From Pirellulales bacterium (lineage in GTDB: Bacteria > Planctomycetota > Planctomycetia > Pirellulales > JALHPA01): a stretch of 64,000 nt of DNA. Below, piece by piece: positions 1-12,326 of this stretch (position 1 is its first letter; the number at the start of each line of letters is the position of its first letter). The notes below the pieces were generated by a model. It worked only from the letters and a program-made list of their open reading frames with translations. It was not told where the DNA came from and made no database searches. Location: contig JASGKV010000010.1 of assembly GCA_049840575.1 (NCBI GenBank), positions 1,633-65,632 of the forward strand, given 5' to 3'. A program made the translations under genes and the position numbers.

Positions 1-40
1 CTGGACGGAGTGGGTCACGCTCGACGATTACGGATCCGTC

Positions 41-601
41 TTGGCCGGTTTCAAGGATCTCTCGGGGATCCTGTCGTTAAGCGAGTTGCGCGATCTGACG
101 TTGAATCTGGCGGACGGCACGTTCTTCAACCCGCCGGACGACCGCACGATCCGACAGCTCGACAAGTTTCCCAAACTCGCGCGTTTGGAACTGGTCATGC
201 CCTGTCTGACCGCCGCGCCGAAGACCGACGCTTGGCTGCCGGATTTGCGCGATCGGGCGAACCTGAAGGTTCTGCGTCTCGACGCGTGTCGCGACTACTC
301 GACGCATCTGTGCGAAACGAACGCCGCGGGGGAATCGGTCTCGCTGTTGCCGCCGAACTTGGAACTGTTGGTGTTGAGTCTGCCGCCGCAGGACCCGGCC
401 GAGATCGCCGCGCTGCGTCGCGCATCCGAAGCTGTTGGTGGTGGACCTCTCCGAACGCGACCCGCGCGATCCGTCGAAGTTGCGCGTGCCTGGGAGCGGA
501 ATTGTTCAAACGGTTCGGCCTGGACGACCTGCCCGAGACCGACCAACTGCGCCTACCCGGCCGCCTGGTGGGTCGCGCCGGCGACCGCGACGAGTCCCTG
601 A
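41..601 (+). CDS. Leucine-rich-repeat-like protein fragment (upstream part may lie outside the window)
   Basis: Repeated L-x-x-L-x-L spacing (LSELRDLTLNL, LARLELVM, LKVLRLDAC, LELLVLSL). The sense appears to continue in other frames after about 425 and 490 (KLLVVDLSERD, ELFKRFGLDDLPE), suggesting frame breaks. Confidence 0.35.
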   Translation: MAGFKDLSGILSLSELRDLTLNLADGTFFNPPDDRTIRQLDKFPKLARLELVMPCLTAAPKTDAWLPDLRDRANLKVLRLDACRDYSTHLCETNAAGESVSLLPPNLELLVLSLPPQDPAEIAALRRASEAVGGGPLRTRPARSVEVARAWERNCSNGSAWTTCPRPTNCAYPAAWWVAPATATSP

Positions 602-619
602 GGCGAGTTCATACGGAGT

Positions 620-652
620 GGCCTCAAAGAGGCTCAAGAAAGGAGCAAAAAA
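620..652. repeat. Left copy of a 33-bp repeat (GGCCTCAAAGAGGCTCAAGAAAGGAGCAAAAAA), followed at 741-764 by CGTAGGGTGC and a GGTGCGTC-TTCG-ACGCACC hairpin
   Basis: Its reverse complement recurs at 1775-1807 with one mismatch. The CGTAGGGTGC module recurs inverted at 1763-1772. Confidence 0.75.
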
Positions 653-987
653 GGGGCCATGTCGTTCTCGATCGTAGAAAGCGTGCGTGTCGAGTACGAG
701 AGGCGTAGAGATGTGTCGGTGTCGATGGAGTGTCGCCTTCCGTAGGGTGCGTCTTCGACGCACCGAATCCTGTAGGGATTCCAGAGTCTTCGCTATTCTG
801 TAATCCCTCCGGGATAACCAATTCCATTTTTTACGGCTCACCGGTGGTGCGCTCGCGACCACCGGCTAGTGAGCTGCGATCCCTTCGGGATCGGAAAGAT
901 GCGATCGGCCGCGTAAAACCGTTTTGACTCTCCGCATTGATCTTGGGACAATAAAAGCAATCCACGGCCTTGCGGAGAGCCACGATC

Positions 988-1283
988 ATGCATTTGGAAA
1001 TTCACGGTGACGGCGAACGCCTGATCCAAGCGAGTCTTTCCTCGGGTCTGTTCCAATCGGCCGAAGAAGCCGTGACCATGATGGCGGCGCCTATATGAAT
1101 CACTTCCCGTCCTTACCGACGCTGCGGCCCGCGCACGACGCGCATACGTTGGCCGCCGAGCAAGGCGTTTCCCCCTATGCGTCGGATGCCGCACGGCCGG
1201 ACTTCTGGCCGAACGAGGAGACGACCGACGAATTTCTCGAATTCTTACACGACGTGCACCGCGCCGAGCCTGGACCGGAGTAA
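988..1283 (+). CDS. Putative antitoxin of the downstream PIN toxin (frame break near 1095)
   Basis: A short ORF at 988-1098 (MHLEIHGDGERLIQASLSSGLFQSAEEAVTMMAAPI) abuts ORF 1095-1283, which ends 6 nt before the PIN gene. The size and position are typical of VapB-type partners. No family was recognised. Confidence 0.45.
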
Positions 1284-1289
1284 CGACGT

Positions 1290-1685
1290 ATGGATTTCGT
1301 CGTGATCGATACGGACGTCGTTTCGTTTTATTTCAAAAACGATGCCCGCGCCGATCCGTTCAAGAATCATTGGGCCGGCAAAACGTTGGTCGTTTCATTT
1401 ATGACCTTAGCGGAGCTTCGGCTTTGGACACGAGTGCGACGGTGGGGGCGATCCCGCATCGATCAACTCGAAGCCTTCGTCAAGAGTCGATTCGTCGTCT
1501 ACCCCGTCGACGATCGACTCTGCGATACTTGGGCAACTCTGATGGCTGAGTCTCGCGCCAACGGTCGAAATCTTCATCACTCGGACGCCTGGGTCGCGGC
1601 GACGGCTTTGGTGATCGGGGCCTCGCTGGCGACCAATAACCGCAAAGACTACCTAAGCATCGAAGGATTAAGTTTGTTGATATAA
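1290..1685 (+). CDS. vapC: PIN-domain ribonuclease toxin (VapC-like)
   Basis: 131 aa. N-terminal VVIDTDV acidic motif, LAEL, HSDAWVAATAL and a C-terminal NNRKDY, which is the typical PIN layout. It sits directly downstream of a small partner ORF. Confidence 0.8.
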   Translation: MDFVVIDTDVVSFYFKNDARADPFKNHWAGKTLVVSFMTLAELRLWTRVRRWGRSRIDQLEAFVKSRFVVYPVDDRLCDTWATLMAESRANGRNLHHSDAWVAATALVIGASLATNNRKDYLSIEGLSLLI

Positions 1686-1774
1686 ATTCATACGAAAAGT
1701 AACGATGATTTCGGACGCCTGAAAGTCGCTTTGCGGACGAGACAATAACAGTGCTCGGGATAGCACCCTACGAA

Positions 1775-1807
1775 TTTTTTGCTTCTTTCTTGAGCCTCTT
1801 TGAGGCC
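1775..1807. repeat. Right (inverted) copy of the 33-bp repeat
   Basis: TTTTTTGCTTCTTTCTTGAGCCTCTTTGAGGCC is the reverse complement of 620-652 with one mismatch. GCACCCTACG at 1763-1772 is the inverted copy of 741-750. Confidence 0.75.
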
Positions 1808-1817
1808 GGCTCTTCTC

Positions 1818-3425
1818 TCACTCCTCCGTCTCCCAGCGGAACGCGATGTGTTTGCGCCAGTTGGCGTCGTCGGTCGTGGGGTAGTCGCTGCGGTCGTGGA
1901 CGCCGCGGGTTTCTTTTCTTAACTGCGCCGCTTGGATCATCAGCCGGGCGCACATCAGCATGTTCTGCAGCTCCCAGCCGGACTTTTCGTTGAACTGTCG
2001 GGGCAGCACGTACGAACACCACCGCTCGATGTCTTCGGCCGCTTCATCCAATCCGGCGCCGTCGCGGACGACGCCGTCGGCGCACCACATCAGCGCTTTA
2101 AGAGAGTTGCGAATGTCCCAGGCGTTCAGCGGATCGCGATGCACGGCGGTGTCGACCCGCGCGTTTTCCAACGGCACGGGGCGATAGTCGTGGTCGTGGC
2201 TGGCGGCCAATTCCGAAACGCGCTCGCCGACGTGCGCACCGTAGACCAGCGCCTCCAACAAGCTGTTGCTGGCCAAACGATTGGCGCCGTGCAGACCGCT
2301 GCTGGTCACTTCGCCGGCCGCCCAGAGGTTGGGGACCGTCGTGCGACCGGCCAAATCGACGGTCACGCCGCCGATCATGTAATGCGCACCGGGCCGGACC
2401 GGAATCGGATCGCGGGCGACGTCGAGCCCGAACTCGCCGCACATCGCGCGAATGCCGGGGAACTTGCGATAGACTTCGTCCGGGTCGAGATGCTTGAGCG
2501 TGAGGTAGACGTTCGGATGGCGGGTTTTTTCCATCTGCGCGACGATCGCGCGGCTGACGACGTCGCGGCGCGAGTTCGGCCCGTTCGTCGTACTCGGGCA
2601 TGAAGCGTTTGCCCGCGCGGTCGATCAGATGCGCGCCGCGCCGCGAATCGCCTCGGTGATCAGGTTGCGACTGCTGCCGGCGATGTAGAGAACCGTGGGA
2701 TGGAACTGCATGAATTCCATGTCGCGCAGCTCGGCCCCCGCGCGATAAGCCAGGGCCAGCCCGTCGCCGGTAGCGACTTCGGGATTGGTGGTCTCGCGAT
2801 AGATTTGGCCGATGCCGCCGGTGCAGAGGATCGTCTGCTTGGCCCAGACCAACGTCTTGCCGTGCTCGGCGTTCCAAACCAACGCGCCGCGACAGCGGCC
2901 TTCGTGCGTCAGCAGATCGATCGTGAACGTCTGCGGCCACGCTTCGAGATTGGGCAACTTGCGCGTGTATTCCAAGACGGCGCGCATCACCTCTTTACCG
3001 GTGGCGTCGCCCAGCGCGTGAACGATGCGGTTACGGCCGTGGCCTCCTTCGCGCCCCAGAGCGAGATCGCCGTCGTCTTCTTGATCGAACTTGGTTCCCC
3101 ACGCGATCAGTTCGCGGATGCGTTTCGGGGCTTCGCGGACGACCATCTCGACCACTTCGCGATCGCACAGATTGCCGCCGGCCGCCATCGTGTCGGCGAT
3201 GTGATCGTCGAAGCGATCTTCGGGATCGAGCACGCCGGCGATGCCCCCCTGGGCGTACTGGCTGTTCGACTTGAGGAAGTCGTCCTTCGAGATGACCAGC
3301 GTCGAGAGCTTGGGATCGACGGCGATGGCGGCCCGCAATCCGGCCAGCCCGCCGCCGACGATCAACACGTCGGTGAAGAAGTGCGGAACGCGCTTGGGAT
3401 GAAACGGAACGAGGTATCGCCGCAT
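1818..3425 (-). CDS. nadB: L-aspartate oxidase (two frame breaks near 2638 and 2565)
   Basis: N-terminal FAD motif VLIVGGGLAGL, then QGGIA, HPT, and a C-terminal RLASNSLLE and ETRG. The middle segment GAHLIDRAGKRFMPEYDERAELAPR reads in a third frame. Confidence 0.9.
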
Positions 3426-3684
3426 GGACCGGATCGGTTCGGGAGGGATGGGAATACCCGGGAGTATAATTCAAACCCCACGCGAGGACAGGCGTTTCCG
3501 GCGATTTTGGCGGGGCAGGGGAGGGCGGGGACCGAAAATGGGCCGCCGATCGTGATGATGAAACTGATTTTCACCGATCTGCAAAAAGCAGACTCGTCGC
3601 GCCCGGCAATGGAAGTTTCAGCTCCGTGAAGATCCGTCTTATCATGAAAATCAGCGGCCTATTCCGCGTTCCACGCAGACGCGA

Positions 3685-6600
3685 TCACCCGCCCGACGCG
3701 CCTTTTTTGAACGCGTCGTAGATGTTGCGGTAGTCGCCAGGCGGGGCGGTGCGGCGGCTTTCGCGGTTGCCGCGTTGCGCGTCGTCGGTCGCGCCTTCGG
3801 CGGCCGAGCGCGATGTTTGCGGCGGACGCAGCCCCAGGTTGCGCAGCCGTTCTTGCAACGCCTTGGATGCGGTCTTGCCGTTCGCGCCGGGTTGTTGCGC
3901 GTTTTGGTTCAACTCTTCCCAACGACGCAGGAATTTCTTGGCGTCGTCCTGCGACCAACCGAGCTTGTCGAGCAGGTCTTGATCGACTTGGCCTTTTTTC
4001 ACTTGGCTGCGCAAATCGTCCAGCACCAGGTCCATCGCCTTCTTCGCGTACCGCGCGTCGGCTTCGTCGACCTTCGTGCCGCCGTCGTCGACGGCGTCAG
4101 GCGGAGCTTGATCGTCGTTCCCGTTGCGCAGTCCGCCGCCGCCATGCCCCGGGGCGTTGCCCGAGCCGGTCGGGTTCTTGCCTTGGCCGGAAGACGGACG
4201 ATCGCCGGCGGCTTTGCCCGACTTGTCGGCGGTTTGCGGATGCGGATTTTTTTGACCGGCGTCGTTCTTGGCGAGTTCTTGATCGACGTTCTTGCCGGTC
4301 TTGTCGGAGGGTTGTTTTCCTGCCCCGGGCTGTTTGCCCGCGCCTTGTTTTTCGCCCGAGCCTGCGCCGGTCTTGTCGCCGGAGTGCGCCGTTTTTCCGG
4401 CGGCTTCTTTTTTATCGCCGGCCTTCGCGCCGGTTTCGCCGTCGCCCTGTTCGTTGGCCGGTTTGCCCCCTTGGTCGGCGGCGGTGTTCGATCCGGCCGC
4501 CCCTTTGCCGGCTTGGTTCTTGGATTGACCGCCCCCCTTCTTTCCACCGCCGTCGCGATCGCCCCCTTGGTCGCCTTGCGAGTCCGAGTCGTTTCCTTTG
4601 CCGCTGGCGTTTTCGGGATCGTTCTTTTTCTCTTCGGCATTCCCCTTCGACGCGTCGCCTGCCGGTTTCGATTTGCCTTCTTGCTGGGTCTTCGGCGGGC
4701 CGTTCGCGCCGCCGGACTTGTCCGAGTTTTTGCCGTCCTGGTGTTCGGGCGCGGTGTTCCGATTCGGCTCGCCGGCTTTGCCGTCGCTCTTTTCGGGGGA
4801 TTTTTCGCCCGCCTTATTCCCAGATTCTTTCATACCGGGCTCCGGCTTGTCGCCCGCGTTCGGCTTGCCCGTTTCGTCGCCGGGTTGTTTGCCCTGCGCG
4901 TCGTCCGCGTTTTTGCCCGGTTCGTTTTTGCCCGGTTCGTTTTTGCCGGGGTCGTTTTGCGCAAGTTCATTGCGACCGGGGTCGCCGGTTTTGGATTTGT
5001 CACCGGCCTTGTCGTTCGGAGATTGTTTAAAAGCGCCCGACTTCGCGGCATCGTCGCCGGGTTCGTTTTTGCCCGTTGGATTTTTTCCGGCGTCGTTCTT
5101 TCCAGTGTCGCTTTTACCCGCGTCATTCTTAGCGGCGTCGTTCTTGCCGCCGGAATTGCCGGCGTCCTTGTTCGGCGAATCGTTTTTGTTTTCGGCGTTA
5201 GCTTGGCCGTTCGGTTGTTTGCCGTTTTGCTCGGGAACGTTCTTGCCGACTCCTTCGTTCTTCTGTGCGTTCTTCCCGTCGGTGTTCTTGCCGTCCTGGT
5301 TTTTTCCGTCGGCGTTGTTCTCGTTGCGCTGCGCGTTGGTCGGTCGCTCGTCGTTCTTACCGCCGGCGGGAGAGGGATTGCCCCCCTTCGGCGGCGTGTT
5401 CTCCGGCGTCTTCCCTTTGTCGCGTAAGTGTTCGAGCATCTTTTCGGCCGCGGCCGCGTCGTCGGCGCCGTTGGCGTCGAGCTTCTCGCTCCGATCTTGC
5501 GGTCGACCGGCGTTCTGTTGCGCGCCGTTCGTCGGCGCGCCGCTCGACTTGCCGCGGGCGTCGTTCTCGCCGGCCGGGTCGTTGGATTGCCCGTCGTTAT
5601 TCTTGGCGGGCGAGTTTTTTTGATCGGCCTGCGGATCGCCTTGGCCGGAACTTTGGCCACCCTTTGTCGCGTCCTTCGATTGACCGCCGCTCGCGCCGTT
5701 GTTTTCATTTTTCTGGTCGCCGCCGCCGGCGTTGCCCGCTTTGCCGTCGGACTGTTTTTCGTCGTTCCGCTTCGCGTCGTTTTGCTTGCCGTCTTGTTTA
5801 TTGTTTTCACCGGACTTCGACGAGCCGTTCTCGCCCTGTTTCGGCGAACCACTTTCGCCGTTGCCGCCGGATTTGTCGTTTTGTTTTTGATCGTCGTTCT
5901 TTTGCCGACTAGGCCGTTGATCATCGTTCTTCGGTTCGTTCGGACGATCGCCCTCGGGCTGTTTTTGCTCGTTCGGGCGCGGATTACGCTCGTCGTTTTT
6001 GCCTGGATTCCGCTGAGCGCAGGATCTTGAGGGTTCTGATCCTGCCCGCCGGGCGGGTTTTGCGCCGGATCGCGTTGTGTCGGATCTTGCGGGTTTTGGT
6101 CGCGGTTGGGATTCCCGCGTTGCTCGTTCGGACGCGATTTCGCGCTTGGGTCGCCGTCGGCGTTTCGCGGATCGCCGGCGTTGGGTTGCGGCTGCTCTTT
6201 GTTGTTGGCGTCGCCCGCTTGGTTTTGACCGCCGTTGCGCGGGTCCTGCGGGTTTTGATCCGGATCGTTTTTCGCCAGCGGATCGTTCTTGTCGTTTCGC
6301 GGATCGGTTTGGGATTCGATCACACGCAACTTGCGTTCGGCCGTGGTTTTGACGTTCGGCGCGGGAACTTTGTTGTCGATCGCTTCGGCGTAATAGTTCA
6401 CCACGTCGCCGACCTTCAAACGCAGGTCGGCCGGTGTGAACTTGACTTTCGTCGTGAAGTTGCCCGCATGCGCCGCGTTGGCGGGAAAGACGGCGAGGTT
6501 CTTGCGAAACGCGGCCGCTTCGCCGTTCATGCCGACGAGCGCGACCGAGGTCAACGCAAAGTCCGGATCGAATGCGCGGACTTCGAACGTGATCTCGCGA

Positions 6601-7975
6601 TCCACCGGCACGGCGATTTCAGCGGATGTGGGGGCCAGCAGTTCGACGACCGGCTCTTCGTCGCGAATCACTTTGATCGTGTGGCGGAGCGGCTCCGGAT
6701 TTTCCGCGCCATTGTTCGCGCGGAAGCGCAATACGTAGCTCTCGAACTCGGGCGAACTCCGCTTGTTCGCATCGGCGAAACCGAGCGTCCATTGGCCCGA
6801 CGCGGTCTGTTCACGCGCGGACAACGGAATACGTTTGGTCTTGTTCTTCTCACCGCGCAAGTCGATCCAGGCTTGCTTGACCGCCTGGTTGGCGTTCGCC
6901 CGGACGATGACGGTCGTCCCTTCGAGCGCGGTCACGTCGCCGCCGTCGGTGCGTGTTTCCGGCGGTAACTTGGTGTAAGCGGGAAAGCGGTATTCGATCC
7001 GTTCGACCGCGATATACGGCGCGGCTTGCACGTCGACGCGAAATTCCTGCGAACGCGCGTCGCCGGCGAGAATCGTATAGACGATATCCTGCTGCAAGCC
7101 GGCCGTTTCGACCGCGGGCTTGGCTTGGCCGGCGGCCGGCGGTTCGGGCAGTACGGCCGCATACTTGCCGTCGGTTCCGCGCGGCATCGACACCGCGCGA
7201 TCGCGAATTTGTTGATCGGCCGTCGAATAGAGCAGGGTAGGGGACTCGCCTTCGGCCAGACCGTCGATCACGGCCGCGACGGACAACGACTTGCCGCGGA
7301 AGATCGACGTCGTGCCCGGCGTCACTTCGACGATCCGCACGCGCGTCGGCGCGGTCAGATCGCTCCACGGAACGATCACCCGCGCGACGCTGGGGAACGG
7401 GTTCTTGGGCGAGAAGATGAAATACAACGCGAAGACCGCCAACAGCCCGACCAGGACGTAGCCGCGCTGAATGATCGCGCGCGATCCACGGCGTGATCAA
7501 TCCGAACGTCGCTCACGCCTGCGGCCGCCTGTTGCGATAACGCATCGAGCACGGCGGGCGGCAACGCGACGCGATCGTCGCGCAACGAGAGATAATTGAT
7601 CAACGAATTTTTGAGCGACGGCTTGGTCTCTTCGATCGAACGCGCGGCGTAGAACGGATTCACCTTATAGATCAACAGCGGCACGATCGAGCGCCACAGA
7701 TAATAGGCCGCGCCCGCGACCATCGCGCTCCACAGGATCAGACGTCCCCACATCGGAAGACCGTCTGAAACGACCCAATGATCGATGAGGGCGGCCAGCA
7801 GCAGAAAGCCCAACACGCCGACGACCAAGCCCAACGTGCGTTGCGCCAGCTCGACGCCTTTGACCTGGGCCCGCGCACGACGGAGTTGCGACTCGATAAG
7901 GTCGGTCCGTCGTTTCGCTTCCGGCGCGATCGGCGCCGTCGCGGTGGGTTCGAGCGTTCCCGCATTTCCGGCCAT
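3685..7975 (-). CDS. Very large membrane protein with a long Lys/Asn/Asp/Gly/Pro/Gln low-complexity region (DUF4175-like architecture; frame breaks near 7480 and 6020)
   Basis: The N-terminus has two hydrophobic helices (LGLVVGVLGFLLLAALI, LILWSAMVAGAAYYL) and a third after the break. A folded region of about 400 aa follows. Then come hundreds of residues of GKN/DGK/NPQDP-type repeats with no Met, Val or Leu. The tail is conserved-looking (AMDLVLDDLRSQVKKGQVDQDLLDKLGWSQDDAKKFLRRWEEL). Confidence 0.6.
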
Positions 7976-8318
7976 CGCCGTCCTCGCCTATGATCGCTGT
8001 CCGAAAGCGTCGGCCCCGATCCGATCCGGGCTTGCGTACGCGGCGGAGACCGCGGCCGACCTAGCTATTATAGACGTCGGCAAAGGCGGAAAAGGTTCCC
8101 GAAAATCCGACTTTTCTAGTCGCCAGGTCGAATTTCGGTCTCGACGCGTCGCCGAACTCGATTCTGCGGATTTCGACGGCCTAAATCGGTCGTTCGGTCA
8201 TGCCCGATCTCCGCAGGGTGAGCGAAAACCGAGACTTTCCGGGAGTTCGCTTCGAAAAAACGACCGCTTCACGGATCATGTCTGGAGTCGAGCACATCCG
8301 TCAACGAGGAGCCGCACG

Positions 8319-9170
8319 ATGTCGAAACCGCACGCCAATCGCCGGTCTCTCCGTCTGGTCGGAGCGTTCGTCGCCATGATCATGGCGTACGGCGTCGCCT
8401 CGGCCGATCAGGCGGAAGAAAAACGCGAAGCGGCGCGGATCAAACAAGCCGAGCAAGCGTCGACCAAGGCCAAGCAATCGGCCAACGACGCGGATCAAGC
8501 GTTCAAGCTCGCCGTGCGAAACGCGCGATCGGCCGAAGATCGGCGCGACGCCGCGTCCAAAGCGATCCAACGCACGCGGGACGAAGCCGAGCGCGCGTTG
8601 GGCGAATCGACCGGCTTGCCGGCGGCGATTCGCGACGTCGCCGCCGCCGATGCGGAATTCGAACGGATCGCCGCGCCGATTCGCGCGCGGGTGCGAAAAT
8701 CGGACGAGTACCTCCGCGCACAAGAAGCGGCGACTGTCGCGCGAGCCGAACGGGAACGCCTGACGGCCGACGTCGAACTCGACGACGCGGCGTTGGCCGC
8801 CTTGATTACGGAGACCGGAAAACTCCTGCGTCGTCCGGACGAACTCGAAACCGCCGCGATCAACGCCGACCCGACTGTCGCCGCGCAACGCAAGACGCTG
8901 GAAGCGGCCCAACGCCGCGCGGCGGAGTTGCGCGCGAAGGTTAAATCGCAAATCGACGATGCGCCCGGCTTGAAACGCGCCGTGGCCGAACTCCGAGACG
9001 CCGAGCAAGACCTGAACGCGAAACGGACCGAAGCGACGAAACGCCGCGCTGTCGCGCTCGCGCAACGAACGCAAGCGCAGCAAGCCGCGAATCATCTCGC
9101 CGACGTCAAATCAGCCGACCGCCGCGACGACGCGAACGACAATAAGAAAAACGCAAAGAAGAAAAAGTAA
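8319..9170 (+). CDS. Secreted coiled-coil protein, Ala/Arg/Glu-rich with a Lys-rich tail
   Basis: Start chosen at MSKPHANRRSLRLVGAFVAMIMAYGVASA (signal-peptide-like). The rest has heptad-like charged sequence and ends in KKNAKKKK. Confidence 0.6.
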   Translation: MSKPHANRRSLRLVGAFVAMIMAYGVASADQAEEKREAARIKQAEQASTKAKQSANDADQAFKLAVRNARSAEDRRDAASKAIQRTRDEAERALGESTGLPAAIRDVAAADAEFERIAAPIRARVRKSDEYLRAQEAATVARAERERLTADVELDDAALAALITETGKLLRRPDELETAAINADPTVAAQRKTLEAAQRRAAELRAKVKSQIDDAPGLKRAVAELRDAEQDLNAKRTEATKRRAVALAQRTQAQQAANHLADVKSADRRDDANDNKKNAKKKK

Positions 9171-9176
9171 GACAGC

Positions 9177-10763
<1,587 letters not shown>

Positions 10764-11132
10764 GCGTTTTTCGGATCGACGTCGTGAGAAGACGTGCGCG
10801 AAGGACGGAAAAAGGGAAAAGGAAAACGGTGGTCGCATGGCTCCGACGAAGGAGCGTTTCGGACCACCGGCTTCCTTTTTCCTTGTTCCGCCTCGGCAAG
10901 CGTCGGTCATCGACCGCGGACGAGCGAAGGACGCGAGACTTTATTCTAGGAACATCGCCGTTGTTTCTCAATGCGCCGTGCGCGTGCGGCACGACGTAAG
11001 ACGTGATCGGGTTTGGATTTTGGCCGAAAACGGTTATCTTAAGGTCCGCCGACGGCCGATTTTCGAGACGTCGCGCGACACACACGCGCCTTCGCGCAAT
11101 CTTCGGACTCATCGACGGACACCTTCGACCTC

Positions 11133-12280
11133 ATGCCGGATTTGCTACGCCAGGAAATCGCCGCCGCCGCGCACACGATCGTCGTCAAAGTCGGAACACG
11201 GGTGCTGACCGGACCGGACGGACGGCTGAATCAAGAACGAATCGCCGCGCTGACCGAAGAAATTCATCAAGTGATGCTAACCGGACGCAAGGTGGTCCTG
11301 GTCAGCTCCGGCGCGGTCGGCGCGGGGATGGGGCAATTGGGCCTGGAGAAACGCCCACGCGATTTGGCCCGCTTACAAGCGGTGGCCGCGGTCGGTCAAA
11401 CGTATCTCGTGCAGACCTACGACCGCGAATTTCGCCGCTTCGGTCGGCACGCAGCGCAAATTCTGTTGATCGCCGACGATCTGGATCATCGGACGCGTTA
11501 TTTGAACATCCGGAATACGATCCTGAATCTGTTGGAGCTGAACGCCGTCCCGATCGTCAACGAAAACGACACGGTCAGCGTCGAAGAACTCCGCACCACG
11601 TTCGGCGACAACGATCGCTTGGCCGCGATGCTGACCAACTTGATCCGCGCGCCGTTGCTCGTTCTGCTTTCGGACGTGCTGGGCTTGTACGACGGCGATC
11701 CCGCGCTGCCCGAGTCGAATATCGTGCATACGGTCCCGAAGCTCGACGAAAGCATCTGGGCGTTGGTCAAAGACAAGTTGACCGGGCTCAGCAAAGGGGG
11801 CATGGCCAGCAAGTTGGAAGCCGCGCGGATCGCGACGACTTCTGGCGAAAACGTGATCATTACCAGCGGCAAACAGCCCGGCGCGTTGGCCAAAATCGTG
11901 GCCGGCGAGGAAATCGGTACGCTGTTTTTGGCCCAAGGGGGCACGTTGTCGTCGTTCAAGCGTTGGTTAGGCTTCACCGCGCAGACGCGGGGCGTGTTGA
12001 CGTTGGACGACGGCGCGCGATGCGCGGTCGAACAAGACGGCCGCAGTCTGTTGGCGATCGGCGTGAAGACCGTCGCGGGCGACTTCAAAAAAGGGGACGT
12101 CGTTTCGCTGCGCGATGCGACCGGGTACGAGTTCGCCCGCGGACTTACGAATTACAATGCCGAAGATCTGACCAAGATTCGCGGCCTTCGCACCGAAGGC
12201 ATCGCCGCGGCGCTGGGCGCCCACCCCTACGACGAAGTGATTCATCGCGACAACTTGCGCGCACCCGCGTGGCCGAATAA
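11133..12280 (+). CDS. proB: Glutamate 5-kinase with PUA domain (3' end uncertain)
   Basis: VVKVGTRVLT, VSSGAVGAG, NENDTVS and the C-terminal PUA-like GDVVSLRD...ARGLTNY...VIHRDNL. As assembled there is no stop before the next gene. A stop at 12278-12280 is reached after a 1-nt shift. Confidence 0.85.
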
Positions 12281-12326
12281 TCCGCCGCCTTTTCAGGATC
12301 CCGGCCGAACGGCGGGAGTACGCGTC

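Noticed and set aside
3775-5427. A 550-aa plus-strand ORF, with several other long ORFs at 3813-5030 and 4598-5623, lies opposite the low-complexity gene.
   Set aside because: They are antisense echoes of a stop-free repetitive tract, with Arg/Leu/Val/Phe-rich and non-protein-like composition. The minus-strand frame carries the conserved N- and C-terminal modules.
10910-11133. The purF-proB divergent spacer was inspected for a purine or ZTP-type riboswitch.
   Set aside because: I could not find the conserved cores of those riboswitches by eye. An Rfam scan would be needed to exclude them.
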